Shown here piece after piece: positions 47,804 through 58,785 of a DNA stretch of 64,000 nt (position 1 is the first letter of the stretch; the number at the start of each line of letters is the position of its first letter). The notes under the pieces are model-generated. The model saw nothing but the letters and a program-made list of their open reading frames with translations. It had not been told where the DNA came from and made no database searches. Both the position numbers and the translations under genes were made by a program. Source of the stretch: Podarcis filfolensis (taxonomy: Eukaryota); NCBI GenBank assembly GCA_964270895.1, contig OZ185435.1; one strand, given 5' to 3'.

Positions 47804-47953
47804 CAGTGCTTTTTTCAGGGGGTATTCAGGGGTATGCATACCCCTAAACATTTTGTGAATCTAAGTTTGGCCTCATTGAGGGGCAGTATTTCAATATGAG
47901 TAGGGAAATGAGAGCACCCCGAAACATTTTTTTTAAAGAAAAAAAGAGCACTG
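47804..47953. mobile_element. hAT-type MITE
   Basis: CAGTGCTTTTTT / AAAAAGAGCACTG termini; perfect 8-bp TSD GGTATGAT; second copy at 58106-58240. Confidence 0.92.
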
Positions 47954-48699
47954 GGTATGATTCATCCTGAATCACATGCTCCTCAACTCCCATCAGCTCT
48001 CCTCCAGCAATCAGTTTAAAAGCTGCGTTGCTACCTATTTGATTTTGAGCACCAACAGTCTGCTGATTAAGGCTTCCTCGGATTGAGTGTCAGCTATAAT
48101 TTCATTATTGACATTGGTGTGCCTTGAGTTAAATGAGATTCCTTGTAGACCCAATTGCTCACTTGCCCAAATGAGGATTCCAAATATGATCAATTGTACG
48201 ATCTGAGAAGAATGTTAAATAACCGTTCCCATCAAAATGCCGCTCTTAAAGAACTTTTCACGCCATCTCTACTTGCCCCTCTTTCTCCCCAAAGTGATGT
48301 TGCTAAAGGGCAAAACACATCTTCTCAAGAGCCTTAGATTTAAATGCATCTTGGCTGACAAGCTACATCTCTCCATGTCAGGTCCTGTTCTGTCAAACTG
48401 TCCTCCAGTTATCAAACGTACCGCAACATTATTTGTGCTGGCCAGCATGAATCACCTGTCGTGACTGCTTTACAATTTCAAAAGAAAGGTGGCTTTTACA
48501 ATATATCCTGTCCTCTTTCCTAAAGTTCAACATTTTACTATTCAATCATTTTTTTAAAAAAACAAAACAAAGAGCAGTGTTGATTTTACAAGGAGCAATA
48601 TTTAGGAATGGATTTTTTTAAAAATCTCAATGTCAGTCTTATCTGGGTAGATTCCCCCCCCTTCTAATTCCTGTTCCTTTCCTTGTTCTCAATGAGAAG

Positions 48700-48795
48700 C
48701 GAACCCCCTGCAATGTAGGAATCTTTTGCCTAACATGGGGCTTGAACCCCTAACCATGAGATGAAGAATCTCATGCCCTAAGGAGTGAGCAATCT
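48700..48795 (-). mobile_element. tRNA-Lys-derived SINE with a CR1-like tail (decayed)
   Basis: Minus strand GCATGAGATTCTTCATCTCATGGTTAGGGGTTCAAGCCCCATGTTAGGC aligns to tRNA-Lys(CTT), followed by ATTCCTACATTGCAGGGGGTT as in the CR1 3' UTR. Confidence 0.7.
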
Positions 48796-50790
48796 GCTAA
48801 AATCAACCTCTCTTCCCAGGGAACTCTGAGAATTGTAGCTCTGTGAAGGAAATAGGAGTCCCCTAACAATTCTCAGGGCCTTTAACAAAGTAAAGCCAAC
48901 AGTTTAAAGAGGTATCATAGAGCTTTCAGTGTATGGCGTGAATGTCGCCATTGTTCCATGGAGAACAGGAGTGGGTAAGAGCTCTTACCAGTATAGACAG
49001 ATGATGGGAGGGAAGGAGGAAAGCTACTCTACTTAGCACTTGTAGTTTCTGAGAATGCTCTGGGCTGACTTATTGTCACTACAAGATATTGTGAAGTCTT
49101 ACAGCAGCAGCTGCCTGTAGCTCACTGGAATGCCAGAAGAAGCAGCCCAGGGCAGTGGTGTCAGTAGCAGTGGGTCTTCACCAGCTGCTACCTCCTGCCA
49201 CCAGGCCTCAGTCCCAGCTGAAATTAAGTCCCACTGATATAACTCTAGACTTGAATTCGGTTGAATTCTGGTGCACTTTGGCCTTTAAAGTGCTTAACAT
49301 TTTGACTGAATTGCATCCAATGTTCTTCTAAAATAAAATGCCCTATGTGAACTTGAAGGAAAGTGCTTTCAAGAAAAAATCAGCTGAACATTAAAATGCG
49401 GCCAAATCCTATATTAAATAGGTAATAGCCACTCTCTGACTTGAGAAATGTTCTTTGCAAGCTGCAATAAAGAGCATGAAATCACTACAGGACTCCGAGT
49501 ATATTTCAAAAATAAAAGTTCTTTTCCTAGATTTTTCTCACTGAATCCAACAGAAATCAATTGTGTTTAGAGAGCTTTCTGTAAGCCATTTGAAGGTATG
49601 TGTGGGTTGCAAATGCTGGGTATCTGCATATTCTCATTGACAGCTTTTGTGGTTTGACTGGGTATTTTGATGGGATGGATCTGATAGTTTGAATAGTTTA
49701 AAGGTATTTTATCATTTAACCTAAGTTTCTATGGGGATCCTAATGAATTCACTTGTGCAGTGGAAATTTGCCAAAGCACCGAAACACTGAAGGGCACATC
49801 AGTTAAGAATGAAAAGGTATGAAGGCACAAAATGGATTGCTGGCAATCTTAGAATATTTGTTTCTTCCACCAATCACTGAAGTTCTGTTCCACCTAGTTC
49901 AATGAGTTTCAAACCTCTTGCCCTTCTAGAAAATAAAAAGGGTGGGATTTGGTTCAGTACCGATAGGAAAAAAAGGATGAGCGTATTTCCAGTATGGCAA
50001 AGCAATATCCATTCAGAAAGGATGAGCAGAAAAAAGGAACAGCTGCTGCAGATGACACTGGCAGCTGGCTGCCCTGGATAATGGCAGAGGTCTCTGCCAT
50101 TAAAAAAACAAACAGATCATGAAGTCTCAAGATTGAGAGACTCAATGAGCAGAGGATGCTTTATTGTACAGTAGTGACCCAAAACATTCGTAGCAGAAGA
50201 GAATGAATGGATTCATACACATATATGCATTTAACTGTGAAGATGAAGAACTGGTACATAAATATATTATTTCAGGTCAGAATTAAAATAATATAATAAG
50301 AGAGGTCTGGAGATGTCAGAACTGAAGAAATCATTTTTAGGCTGACCCAGAAATAGAGATTCAGAGACCTAATAAGGTACATTTATTATTTTAAATTATA
50401 TTCAGTTACGTTTCCATCTTTAATTGTTTAAACAAAATGAAAACTGAAGTGATGGACAGTGCCATGGAACACGGAACCAACCAAAAATTCCTAAAAGATT
50501 CACACTAACATATAGCACCTCAGTAAGCATGCATCCCACAGCATGGGTGTTCCCCTGTTCCAAAACAGATAACACATAATCCAGCTGTAATTCAAACATC
50601 AGAGGGCACCAGGTTGAGGAAGGGTGCCTTTTCTTGGAGAGTCTAGGGACTGAGTTTGGGATTCTTTCTGGGCAAAGTCTGTGGATGATCACTGAGCTAT
50701 GGCCTTCTAACTAAGATAAACTGATATTTATTTTTTGCAAGCAATTTTTAGTTATGAAATGTGCTTGAATATTCCCTCCCTCTCCTTCAG

Positions 50791-50849
50791 ATGTAACTGC
50801 ATTCCTTCATCTGAATCTAAGTGATTCTGCCTTGAACGAAGACAGCTTG
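50791..50849 (+). other. candidate internal exon (unassigned), DVTAFLHLNLSDSALNEDSL
   Basis: Acceptor TTCCCTCCCTCTCCTTCAG and donor TTG|GTAAGT are both near-consensus; 59 nt; only the phase 1-to-0 frame is open; not in an obvious repeat. Confidence 0.35.
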
Positions 50850-51483
50850 GTAAGTAGGTTTTTAAGACAGATGGTATCATTGATCTGTCTCAAGGAGGAC
50901 CGTTAATGAAAAACATATTGCTAAAACAAACACTTGAGATGAAATTAAATGCAAATAGACACAAAATATTTGCATCACACTAAGTGTGTTTTGTTATATC
51001 ATTAATTGTCTGTTGCGCAAATGTTTATAATGAACTTTCCAGTTCAGTTACCCAAGACCAGCAATCTGTTGTGGACTGAGCAAATTAAAAAAATATCTTG
51101 TTCTGCTTTGTTTCAGTTTGAGATCCAGAGGTTTTGATCTTTAGCACCTCAGATGAAATCAGGCCAGGCCATTTTAAAATCTGCCTTGTTCAAGGTGAAC
51201 CTACTTGAGACTGATAAGGAGGTGTCAACGTGGCACCTGTGGATGGCAGTGGTCCCTCAAGTACCTCCTATGGCACTTGTGAGCAGTCTCAGTAAATATC
51301 CCCTCAAAAATCCACAATGTATGTAAGGATGCTTGCTTTTCCTGCTCAGCTCCTGTTTGAACTGGCTCAACCTCTGCTACATGGAACATACCCCCTTAAA
51401 CATGTCCACATTTCTTTGGAATTAATGACTGGACACCCAACTCCCCCTGCAAAGAACTTGTCTCTATAAGCAGGCAAGGCAGT

Positions 51484-51918
51484 TGTCAGCAAAGCTCAGA
51501 TGGTGACAGGGGAAGAAGAAGCAGGCATAGAGAGAGAACAGTTAACAGTGGAAGGCAGAGAGGATGGGGAGAGCAGCTGTAATCTGAGCTCTGAACAAAG
51601 GGGAGACGAAAGACAGGGCCATAGTGACAGGCGGCTGTGTGAGAGCTCCAATAGTGAGTCAGATGTTGGAATGCAGGAAGCATTCTCTCCCAAATCTCGT
51701 AGGATCTCAAAAGTGGCCGAGACGCATGAAAGATATCGGAAAAGAAGGTGGGGGCTTCCGTGCTTGGGAACGGGGAGGAGCTCAGCTCGGGCAACTCCAT
51801 CTTCTGGGGAGGATGATGAGTAGAGGAGCGCCATCTTAGTTTGTTGTTTTAGCAATAAATCTGAAATAATTAACAGCCAGAGTCGTCTCGCGTTTGTGGG
51901 AGAGACCAAGCCATGACA
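51484..51918 (+). mobile_element. solo LTR
   Basis: TGTCA...TGACA termini; perfect 5-bp TSD GCAGT (51479-51483, 51919-51923); purine-rich 5' part; AATAAA at about 51853. Confidence 0.87.
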
Positions 51919-52449
51919 GCAGTGGCTGATGTAGTTGGTTCCCCTCCATATTGTTTGCGGGGGGGGGGGGGGTGAGGAGTGATGGAAGGTGAAGTCTGCA
52001 CCATTTTGTGGCCCTTCTCCTTCTCCACCTTCTCCCCTTCTCCACGTTCTTGTAAACGTGGTAGCCATTTTGTGTTATGCCATCCACCCATAGCAGCTAT
52101 TTCCTATTATGCCAACCCATCATGGCAGTCATTATATAAATAGCACCGACAATACTTTCTCAAAATGGAAAATGTGCACCTTGTTTCCATGCCAATATTT
52201 TCCCGGCTTTCATGGGTAACAATGCTATGCTGGGGAAGAGTTACCTTGTGAGCATCCATTTATGCTATTTCTGTGGTTCAGGAAGGAGTTGCACTGCAGC
52301 AGTTCCCTTGCTGTGGAGATAAGGAGGGACACAAATTGTGATGTAATGTGCAAAAAAGGAACTTATTGCTCCCGATTCCTCTGTTAAAATGTATGTGCTT
52401 GCATGTGTGCACCTCTGTCAGGGCACATGCATGCACACACATGCACTCA

Positions 52450-52479
<30 letters not shown>
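52450..52479. repeat. (CT)n(CA)n microsatellite
   Basis: Direct repeat. Confidence 0.95.
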
Positions 52480-52481
<2 letters not shown>

Positions 52482-54193
52482 TTCGGCTTATGGGAAGTCA
52501 ATTTGTTTCAAAATATATATCACAATAATAAAGCTTGTGTGTGTGCGTGTGTGTGTGTTGGGGGGAGGGTGTGTAGCTTTTCTGTGAACAGAAATAAAAT
52601 GATTGCTTAATGAATGACTTGCTATGAAACACTCAAGCAGTAAGGTACAAAGCAATGCAAATGAAGGAAGGATATATAAAAACTAAGTGTGATTGAAGAT
52701 TTTGCTGAATAAAATGTTCAATGACTTAGCATCTTGTTTAGTTTTCCTAGGTATTCAGCAAAACCTAATTAGAAGGAAAGGTGTTAATGGGAAACAGGCA
52801 AGAAATAGAACTCGTGATCAGAAGTGATGCTTCCATTCTATGTTCTTTATCAGAAAACATTTTTTTTACCTGCTTAAAAAAACCTCACCATCCCTTCCTA
52901 AAGCTGCCCTCTTCTTCCCAGAAGCAAAATAAATGCTACATTAATAGCATTCTTCCTTCTCATGCAGAAGCAGGACCATTTTATGCTACAGTATTTATAA
53001 ATGCACATAATAACCTCTTTGTGTTAGCAGCTCCCCTCCACTTTTTTTATAGGTCATCTGAACAGTAAGAGGTTCTGAGCTTACACTTTCAAAATATAGA
53101 TTAGAGGTAGAGAAGAGGTGACTGAAAAACTGAGGGCTTCTGAAGATGACTTCAGATGACCCAATTTCCCAAGTTTGCAATCACTGCATGGTAGGAGCCC
53201 TGTAAAAGTGGAGAGGAAGGTTGCTCCAAAAGGGATAAGCACTTTGACAGGTATTCAATTCAGAATATAGCCCCTTTCACAGAACAAACCATGACTCAAA
53301 AGCAAGTCCCACTGAATTCCAGGTAAGTGAGTCTAGGTAAGTGAGTCATTTGGGTGTGTCAAATGAATATGTGCAGGCAAAGTCCTGGTGGCACTGCAGT
53401 GGAAGGCTCCTCACTCGCAACCTAGAAATTGGCTTCAGTGTAAATAGGCTTGTTTCAGACATTCACAATAATATGCGTAGGTTGGGAGGGTGGAGCCTGC
53501 AATGGTGCTGCTACCATCCCTGCCTACACACAGTTGTTCTTCATAGCTGAAGAGCTGAAAAGGTCTTAGGCTTTCCATAATCAGTGTTATGGGTTTTGCT
53601 TTAGAAAAGCACAGATTTCCCTCCGCCCTCTCTAAAGAGCATATGGGTAGGAGTGAAAAATAGCTGCGTTCAATTGCGAAGGTTTGTTGTAAAAAGAAAA
53701 ACAGAGATTGTTGAAGCAGCACAGCAGATTGCAAAATGAGAGCTGCCTGCATATTGCAGAACTGAAAAGTGTAAGTTGTAATTTCACTAGCTGGGTAAAT
53801 GCTCTACATGCAAACATATGCACACACACTCACTCACTCCATGCCAAAGAAATGGAATCATTCTTAGATGCTCACTTGGGATCATAGGACATGGAACTCT
53901 TTGCTTCTGATGGGCAAGGGATGATCTGAGTGTTCAATACCCCAGAATTTAGGAAAGTTGGTAACAAGCCTGCAGAGACAATGGGAGACCTGTCAGGTAA
54001 GTCAAATGTATCATAGGAAGAGGCTCATGCAATGAAGATATACAGAGAAGGACAAATTATATATGCATTTGTATGATAATGCTAGAAGCATGTTTATTGG
54101 AAGGAGGCATGACCCATAAACGTAAAACCTTATCTAAGGATAAGTAATTTTGTTTGGTTTGGGATACTAGGAATGAATGAATAAGCCTATCCA

Positions 54194-54325
54194 TTGGGGT
54201 AGTCAACTTTGTGCCCTCCAGATGTTGGTAAAGTACAACTCCCATCAATCTCAGCCAGCATGGTCAATGGTCAATGATGATGGGAATTGTGATGCATCTG
54301 GAGGGGCGCTGTTGACTACCATACG
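54194..54325. mobile_element. short palindromic hAT-type MITE
   Basis: GGGGTAGTCAAC...GTGCCCTCCAGATG / CATCTGGAGGGGCGCTGTTGACTACC arms. Confidence 0.75.
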
Positions 54326-55964
54326 TGATGAAGAGCCACAACCATGTTACTCCATCCCTCAAAGGGACGGATTGGCAGGAATCAAGCAGAAACACAGTAG
54401 CCAGTCAATGGATACTCTGAGTCCCCAGTTTTCTCTAATCTTGTAAATTTGTGTGGCATGCTAACAGACATACACTGTGGTATTTAGTGGGTTAAACATT
54501 ACTGAGAATATCTTAACTAGAAGAACCATTTAGCAATGGAATGCACACTGCCTCATTTTAGAATACTGTGACCATCAGATGTTTATCTTTTTTTTCAAAA
54601 GAAAATGCTGCTCAAGGCAATCCTTGCAGGATTTTTGTCTAAAAATTGAAACTGATTCACAAGTCACCACTTACATGCCCAGGAAATTGCCTGTGGGTAT
54701 GTTTAAGCATTCTCCACAAAAAAGTATAATGTGAAGAATACGTACAGCTGCTTAAAAGTAATTCTTCGAGTGTGTACTTTCCGCTTGCCAATAACAGCAA
54801 CGCATCTTAGATGTAAAATAGTTGTAATGAAATATAATGTATATGAAATATATACGTTAATGTATGAATACAATGAATGAATGAAGTAGAAATTAAATCA
54901 GGAATTTGCTAGGGCAGAACCCTGAAATTCATGAATCTCTGCTTATTCTTCATTGACAACTATGACTATTCTCTTTCTTCCTGGGGTTAAAATATAACCA
55001 GGAGCTGTGTTTCTAATTATGGTTCATGCTCCAATTTTATAGTTATCCATTGCTGATAAACGGTAGAGAAATTTATAACATGGAATGGATAGAGCATTCA
55101 TGGGTTTTGTATTTACTGCTCTATTCACGTTTTAAAATATGCACCACTTCTTTCAGCAGTAGAGAAAGGGAGAGAAAATATAATGAGCTATGAGCAGGCA
55201 CAGGAACAGTTGCCCATGCTTCTTTTAAAATATTAACACCTCCTTCCCTTCAGTAGGACTGAAAAGCTCTTTGAAGGGTGTTCTGGAAAGTGTGAATGTA
55301 CTCTTTCACCACTTCATCAATGTCAACTGCATTCTTTCTCCCTTTTGAATTACCCCACAAGAGAGCTCTAGGATAACTTTCATTCTGTTCACACATTACT
55401 TTTTTCACTGTTTATCTTAGCTTCCCAATGCTTGGGGACCACAAGCCTGACCAAAATCTCACCTTTAGCTCTGCTCTTTGGAAGACTTCCACAATGCCCT
55501 TCTGCAGTCTGCATTGGTGGAAACAAGCCAGCTTCCACATCAATGAATCAATGGGCATAAACTAGACACTCGAAAGGGCAATATTCATAAAACAGTAGAA
55601 GAGCGTTTTGGCCCTACACAACGCACTCATTGTTCACCTTGAAATAGCCTCTCTGGAATGAAGGAACTTCAAAGGGAAGCACAAGCATGAAGTTGCCCAA
55701 TTATAATTTTTACAGAAATTCAATTTTATCACCGGTGGCTCAGATGACATCACAGGTTTTTATCTGCTACATGTGTCAATAAGTTCACTAATACCAGACG
55801 CTTTGTGCTATCACCAACAATACTTTGTTAACGGTCGTTGCTAACTGTAACTATTTTCCATTTACATAATTGCTATTATGTGTTCAATGTGCATGTAATT
55901 TCTCTCTGACTCCTCTGCATTCTGCCTCCCCAGAACCTTATGTATATATACTTGCCAGTTTAGA

Positions 55965-56080
55965 ATTCCACTTCATGAATCTGATGAAGTGGGCTCTACA
56001 CTGCTAAATCTTATGCCATAATAATTGTCTTAGTCTTAAAGGTGTTACAAGACACGTTGTCTCTTTTGCTGCAACAGGTC
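55965..56080 (+). mobile_element. Penelope-like element terminal fragment with a decayed hammerhead motif
   Basis: GAATCTGATGAAGTGGGCTCTA...CTTATGCC...TTAGTCTTAAAGGTGTTACAAGAC...TTTTGCTGCAACAG; parallels the 22290-22397 minus copy. Confidence 0.6.
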
Positions 56081-56257
56081 AACTTATATGCCTTGTGGAA
56101 ATTGCAATTCTTTCATTACCGGAGCATTTTGAAATGGGCTACCTATTTCCACCCAGCTGAGCGGGGTTTAAGGATTTTTTTTTTTAAAAAAGCTCTTTTA
56201 AATTAAATTGAAAGCCTGATTTTAGAAGACTTCTAAATATACCTACTCTAAACATGC

Positions 56258-56540
56258 CAGAGGGTACGAATGGCTGAATCTGCCAATTTCAGTCTCTTTA
56301 AGTTTTCCACTCTTATGTTCAGTTTTCCACATTTCCACATCAGTTTGCATTTAAAAAAAGAAAGAAAGAAAGAAACCATCAGGAAAGTTTGCCAGCATTT
56401 TAATGCACATCTAATAGCTACATTTTTGTATGAAATCTAGCCCAATAGACACATATTTACAAGCAATTATTATTTGTTTGGGAACTACCTCAAAATTGGA
56501 GGAAGTATGACACAAACAAACTCGGAAACTCCTCTGACCA
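56258..56540 (-). mobile_element. AT-rich non-autonomous DNA-transposon-like repeat (12028 family)
   Basis: GAATCTGCCAATTTCAGT...TTCAGTTTTCCACATTTCCACATCAGTTTGC. Confidence 0.45.
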
Positions 56541-56593
56541 AATCTAGCTAGTACACTTTCGGCATAGCAGTGGCCTGGCTTCAGAACCTAGCT

Positions 56594-56708
56594 TAGCTTT
56601 ATCCAAGTTTGTGACCTCCAGATGTTCTGCCTTCTTTCTTACTGTACTCAGGGATGATGGGGGTTGTAGTCCAAAAGTGTTTCAAGGGCACCAGGTTGGG
56701 GAAGGCTG
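56594..56708. mobile_element. short palindromic hAT-type MITE
   Basis: GACCTCCAGATG...GGGATGATGGGGGTTGTAGTCC...GGGCACCAGGTTGGGGAAGGCTG; flanks ACCTAGCT/ATGTAGCT (6/8). Confidence 0.7.
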
Positions 56709-56912
56709 ATGTAGCTCAACATTTCACAGCTTAGGGCTCACAGAAACGGTGATGTTTGCAATTTTGTAAGAGTGAGTTACTAGCACATGTCTTACATTTG
56801 TCTGGCTCCTTTATGGACTGAATATATTAATCTGCTTTAAGATCTGCTGCTGGAGTGAAATCCGGATGTCTTTCTTGCTAGTATATTTAGCTCCATTTGT
56901 GTTTTCTCTCAG

Positions 56913-57016
56913 GCATTTCCAATCTGAAGACTCCTGTTCTTTCCCTTCCTAACTTCCAACTGCCTGGCTCAAGTTGCATTGCATTATGGAGCTGCCTGTC
57001 CTTCTTGCTTTATTAA
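56913..57016 (+). other. candidate terminal coding exon (unassigned), GISNLKTPVLSLPNFQLPGSSCIALWSCLSFLLY*
   Basis: Acceptor TTTGTGTTTTCTCTCAG; the phase-1 frame ends in a hydrophobic tail; no supporting homology recognised. Confidence 0.15.
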
Positions 57017-57399
57017 TCATTCCTTTTATGAAAGCTTGTGAAAGCTTTTTGGGAGTACCACAAATGCCATCTGCTGAAGCAAGAGTGTCTGAGCGCGCCA
57101 TCTTTTTCCAGTGCTGTGTGAAACCCTCACCGTTTCTTAGACTATCTGTGTCCTCGCCTAAGGATGGAAATAAGGATGGCATCTCTCTAGTGACTCGAGT
57201 GCATGTTTGACTGTAAAAGTGACACTAGAAGAGAAGGTAACCTAATGACATAATCCTATACATGTACATTTCCAGTCAAGTGAACACAGTGCCATGTGGA
57301 CTAGCTATGCTAGCTTGCAAAAGGAGATCACCAGGCAATCCAGGAGATCCAGAATATACTGTGCATGCACAGGAAATTTCATGTGAGATTGTAAACCTG

Positions 57400-57560
57400 T
57401 AGTTGCTTACCTGGGAGTAAGCCCCAGTGGACTTGATGGGGCTTGCTTCTGGGTAGATACTTACAGAATTATACTGTTAGGCTGCAATTCTGTGCACAGA
57501 AACCTTATTGAACAGAGTGACACTGACTTCTGAGTCAATGCTTTTAGGACTGTACTGCTA
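57400..57560. repeat. tandem copies of a short palindromic repeat (GGGAGTAAGCCCCA family)
   Basis: CTTACCTGGGAGTAAGCCCCAGTGGACTTGATGGGGCTTGCTTCTG; related remnants near 38290-38360, 53300-53350, 59460-59500 and 59620-59700. Confidence 0.5.
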
Positions 57561-57672
57561 AGGATTTTCTTCTTCATTCCAGAGCTGATCAACTAGCAAA
57601 GAGTCGTTGAAAAGGGAAATGATGTACAGGTGTGCCCTCTTTTTCTTCATGGGTCTATAGAAACGGATATAT

Positions 57673-57811
57673 CAGGGGTGGGGACACTGTGGTTCTCCAG
57701 GTATTGTTGGACTTCAACTCTGATCAGTCCCAGCCAGCCTGAATGATGGTCAGGGATGGTGAGAGTTGGGGCCCAATAATACCTAGAGGAACACAGGTTG
57801 CCTACCCCAGC
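57673..57811. mobile_element. short palindromic hAT-type MITE
   Basis: CAGGGGTGGGGACACTGTGG / CACAGGTTGCCTACCCC arms; flanks GGATATAT/TGATATAT (7/8). Confidence 0.75.
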
Positions 57812-58105
57812 TGATATATCACCAGCAGATATTTCTGTCTTTCATGGCCCTCCTTGAAAAACACTCTATCTTGAAGCTCCATTTGGTACATGTCACTGTT
57901 ATTCATCTACAACTTTTGATCCATAGAATTGAGCAGTTGGGTCTGATCCTTGGTATTTCTTCTGTTTCTCAGTTTCAAGGATTTGGTATATATTCTTTTT
58001 TAATTTCTCCCACCCTCTTTTCAAAGCTGTGAACACGGACATTACATATCATCCTTTTTTGGTGTGTGGACACACTGCATATCACCAGGGCAAGATCGTT
58101 TGAAC

Positions 58106-58240
58106 CAGTGCTTTTTTTCTGGGGGGACACAGGGGTATGCATACCCCTAAACATTTTGTGAATCTAAGTTTGGCCTCTTTCAATATGAGTAGGAAAATGA
58201 AAGGACCCCCAAACATTTTCTTTTAAGAAAAAAAGGACTG
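58106..58240. mobile_element. hAT-type MITE (paralog of 47804-47953)
   Basis: Shared AGGGGTATGCATACCCCTAAACATTTTGTGAATCTAAGTTTGGCCTC; TSD GTTTGAAC/GCTTGAAC (7/8). Confidence 0.88.
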
Positions 58241-58294
58241 GCTTGAACATATTGCACCAATCTTGGTCTGACTGCACTGGCTGCTAACTAGTTT

Positions 58295-58785
58295 CTGGCC
58301 CCAATTCAAAGTGCTGGTTTGACTTAAAAACCCTTAAGTGGCTCAGGACCACAGTACCTAAAGGGCTGTCTCTCCCCATATGAACTGACCTGGACCCAGC
58401 GATCATCATCTGAGACCTTCCTTTATGTGCCCCATCCACAAGAGATCCAGAGGGTGGCAACACAAGAAGGGGCCTTTTCTGCAGTGGCTCCCTGTTTGTG
58501 GAACACTCTCCCCAGGAAAGGACACCTGGCACCCTCATTACATATCTTTAGGTGGCAGGTGAAAATGTTCCTCTTCCACCAGGCCTTGGGCTGATTAATA
58601 TCCTATACCCTTTTAACTGTCTTTGTGAGATGGCCTGGGGTAGGGGTATTAGTTTGTGCTTTTTTGTTCTTGTTTTTATTATGTATTTTGTGTTTGTATC
58701 TCTTATTTTTATGTTGTGAACCACTCTGAGAACTATGAATGAAGGGCGGTATATAAATTCAATAAATGAAATAAATAAAATAAAT
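58295..58785 (+). mobile_element. L2 LINE 3' end (decayed)
   Basis: CAATTCAAAGTGCTGG...GGCCTTTTCTGCAGTGGCTCCCTGTTTGTGGAACACTCTCCC...GAAGGGCGGTATATAAAT and an A-rich tail. Confidence 0.85.

Noticed and set aside
48728-48795. Functional tRNA-Lys gene (likewise the tRNA-like heads at 1329, 7027, 19704, 21210 and 29375)
   Set aside because: The A box, anticodon loop and acceptor stem are mutated, and the heads are followed by SINE bodies or tails.
51496-52068. 190-aa and 107-aa ORFs as host genes
   Set aside because: They overlap a TSD-bounded solo LTR and a poly-G run; the compositional bias explains the lack of stops.
53320-53350. Tandem AG|GTAAGT splice donors
   Set aside because: They are part of a dispersed palindromic repeat and a local duplication; the same applies to the donor at about 38334.
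53891-53996. Selenoprotein-like exon (MELFASDGQGMI-TGA-VFNTPEFRKVGNKPAETMGDLS) ending at CAG|GTAAGT
   Set aside because: No acceptor with a pyrimidine tract, no recognisable selenoprotein motif and no SECIS evidence; only the donor is good.
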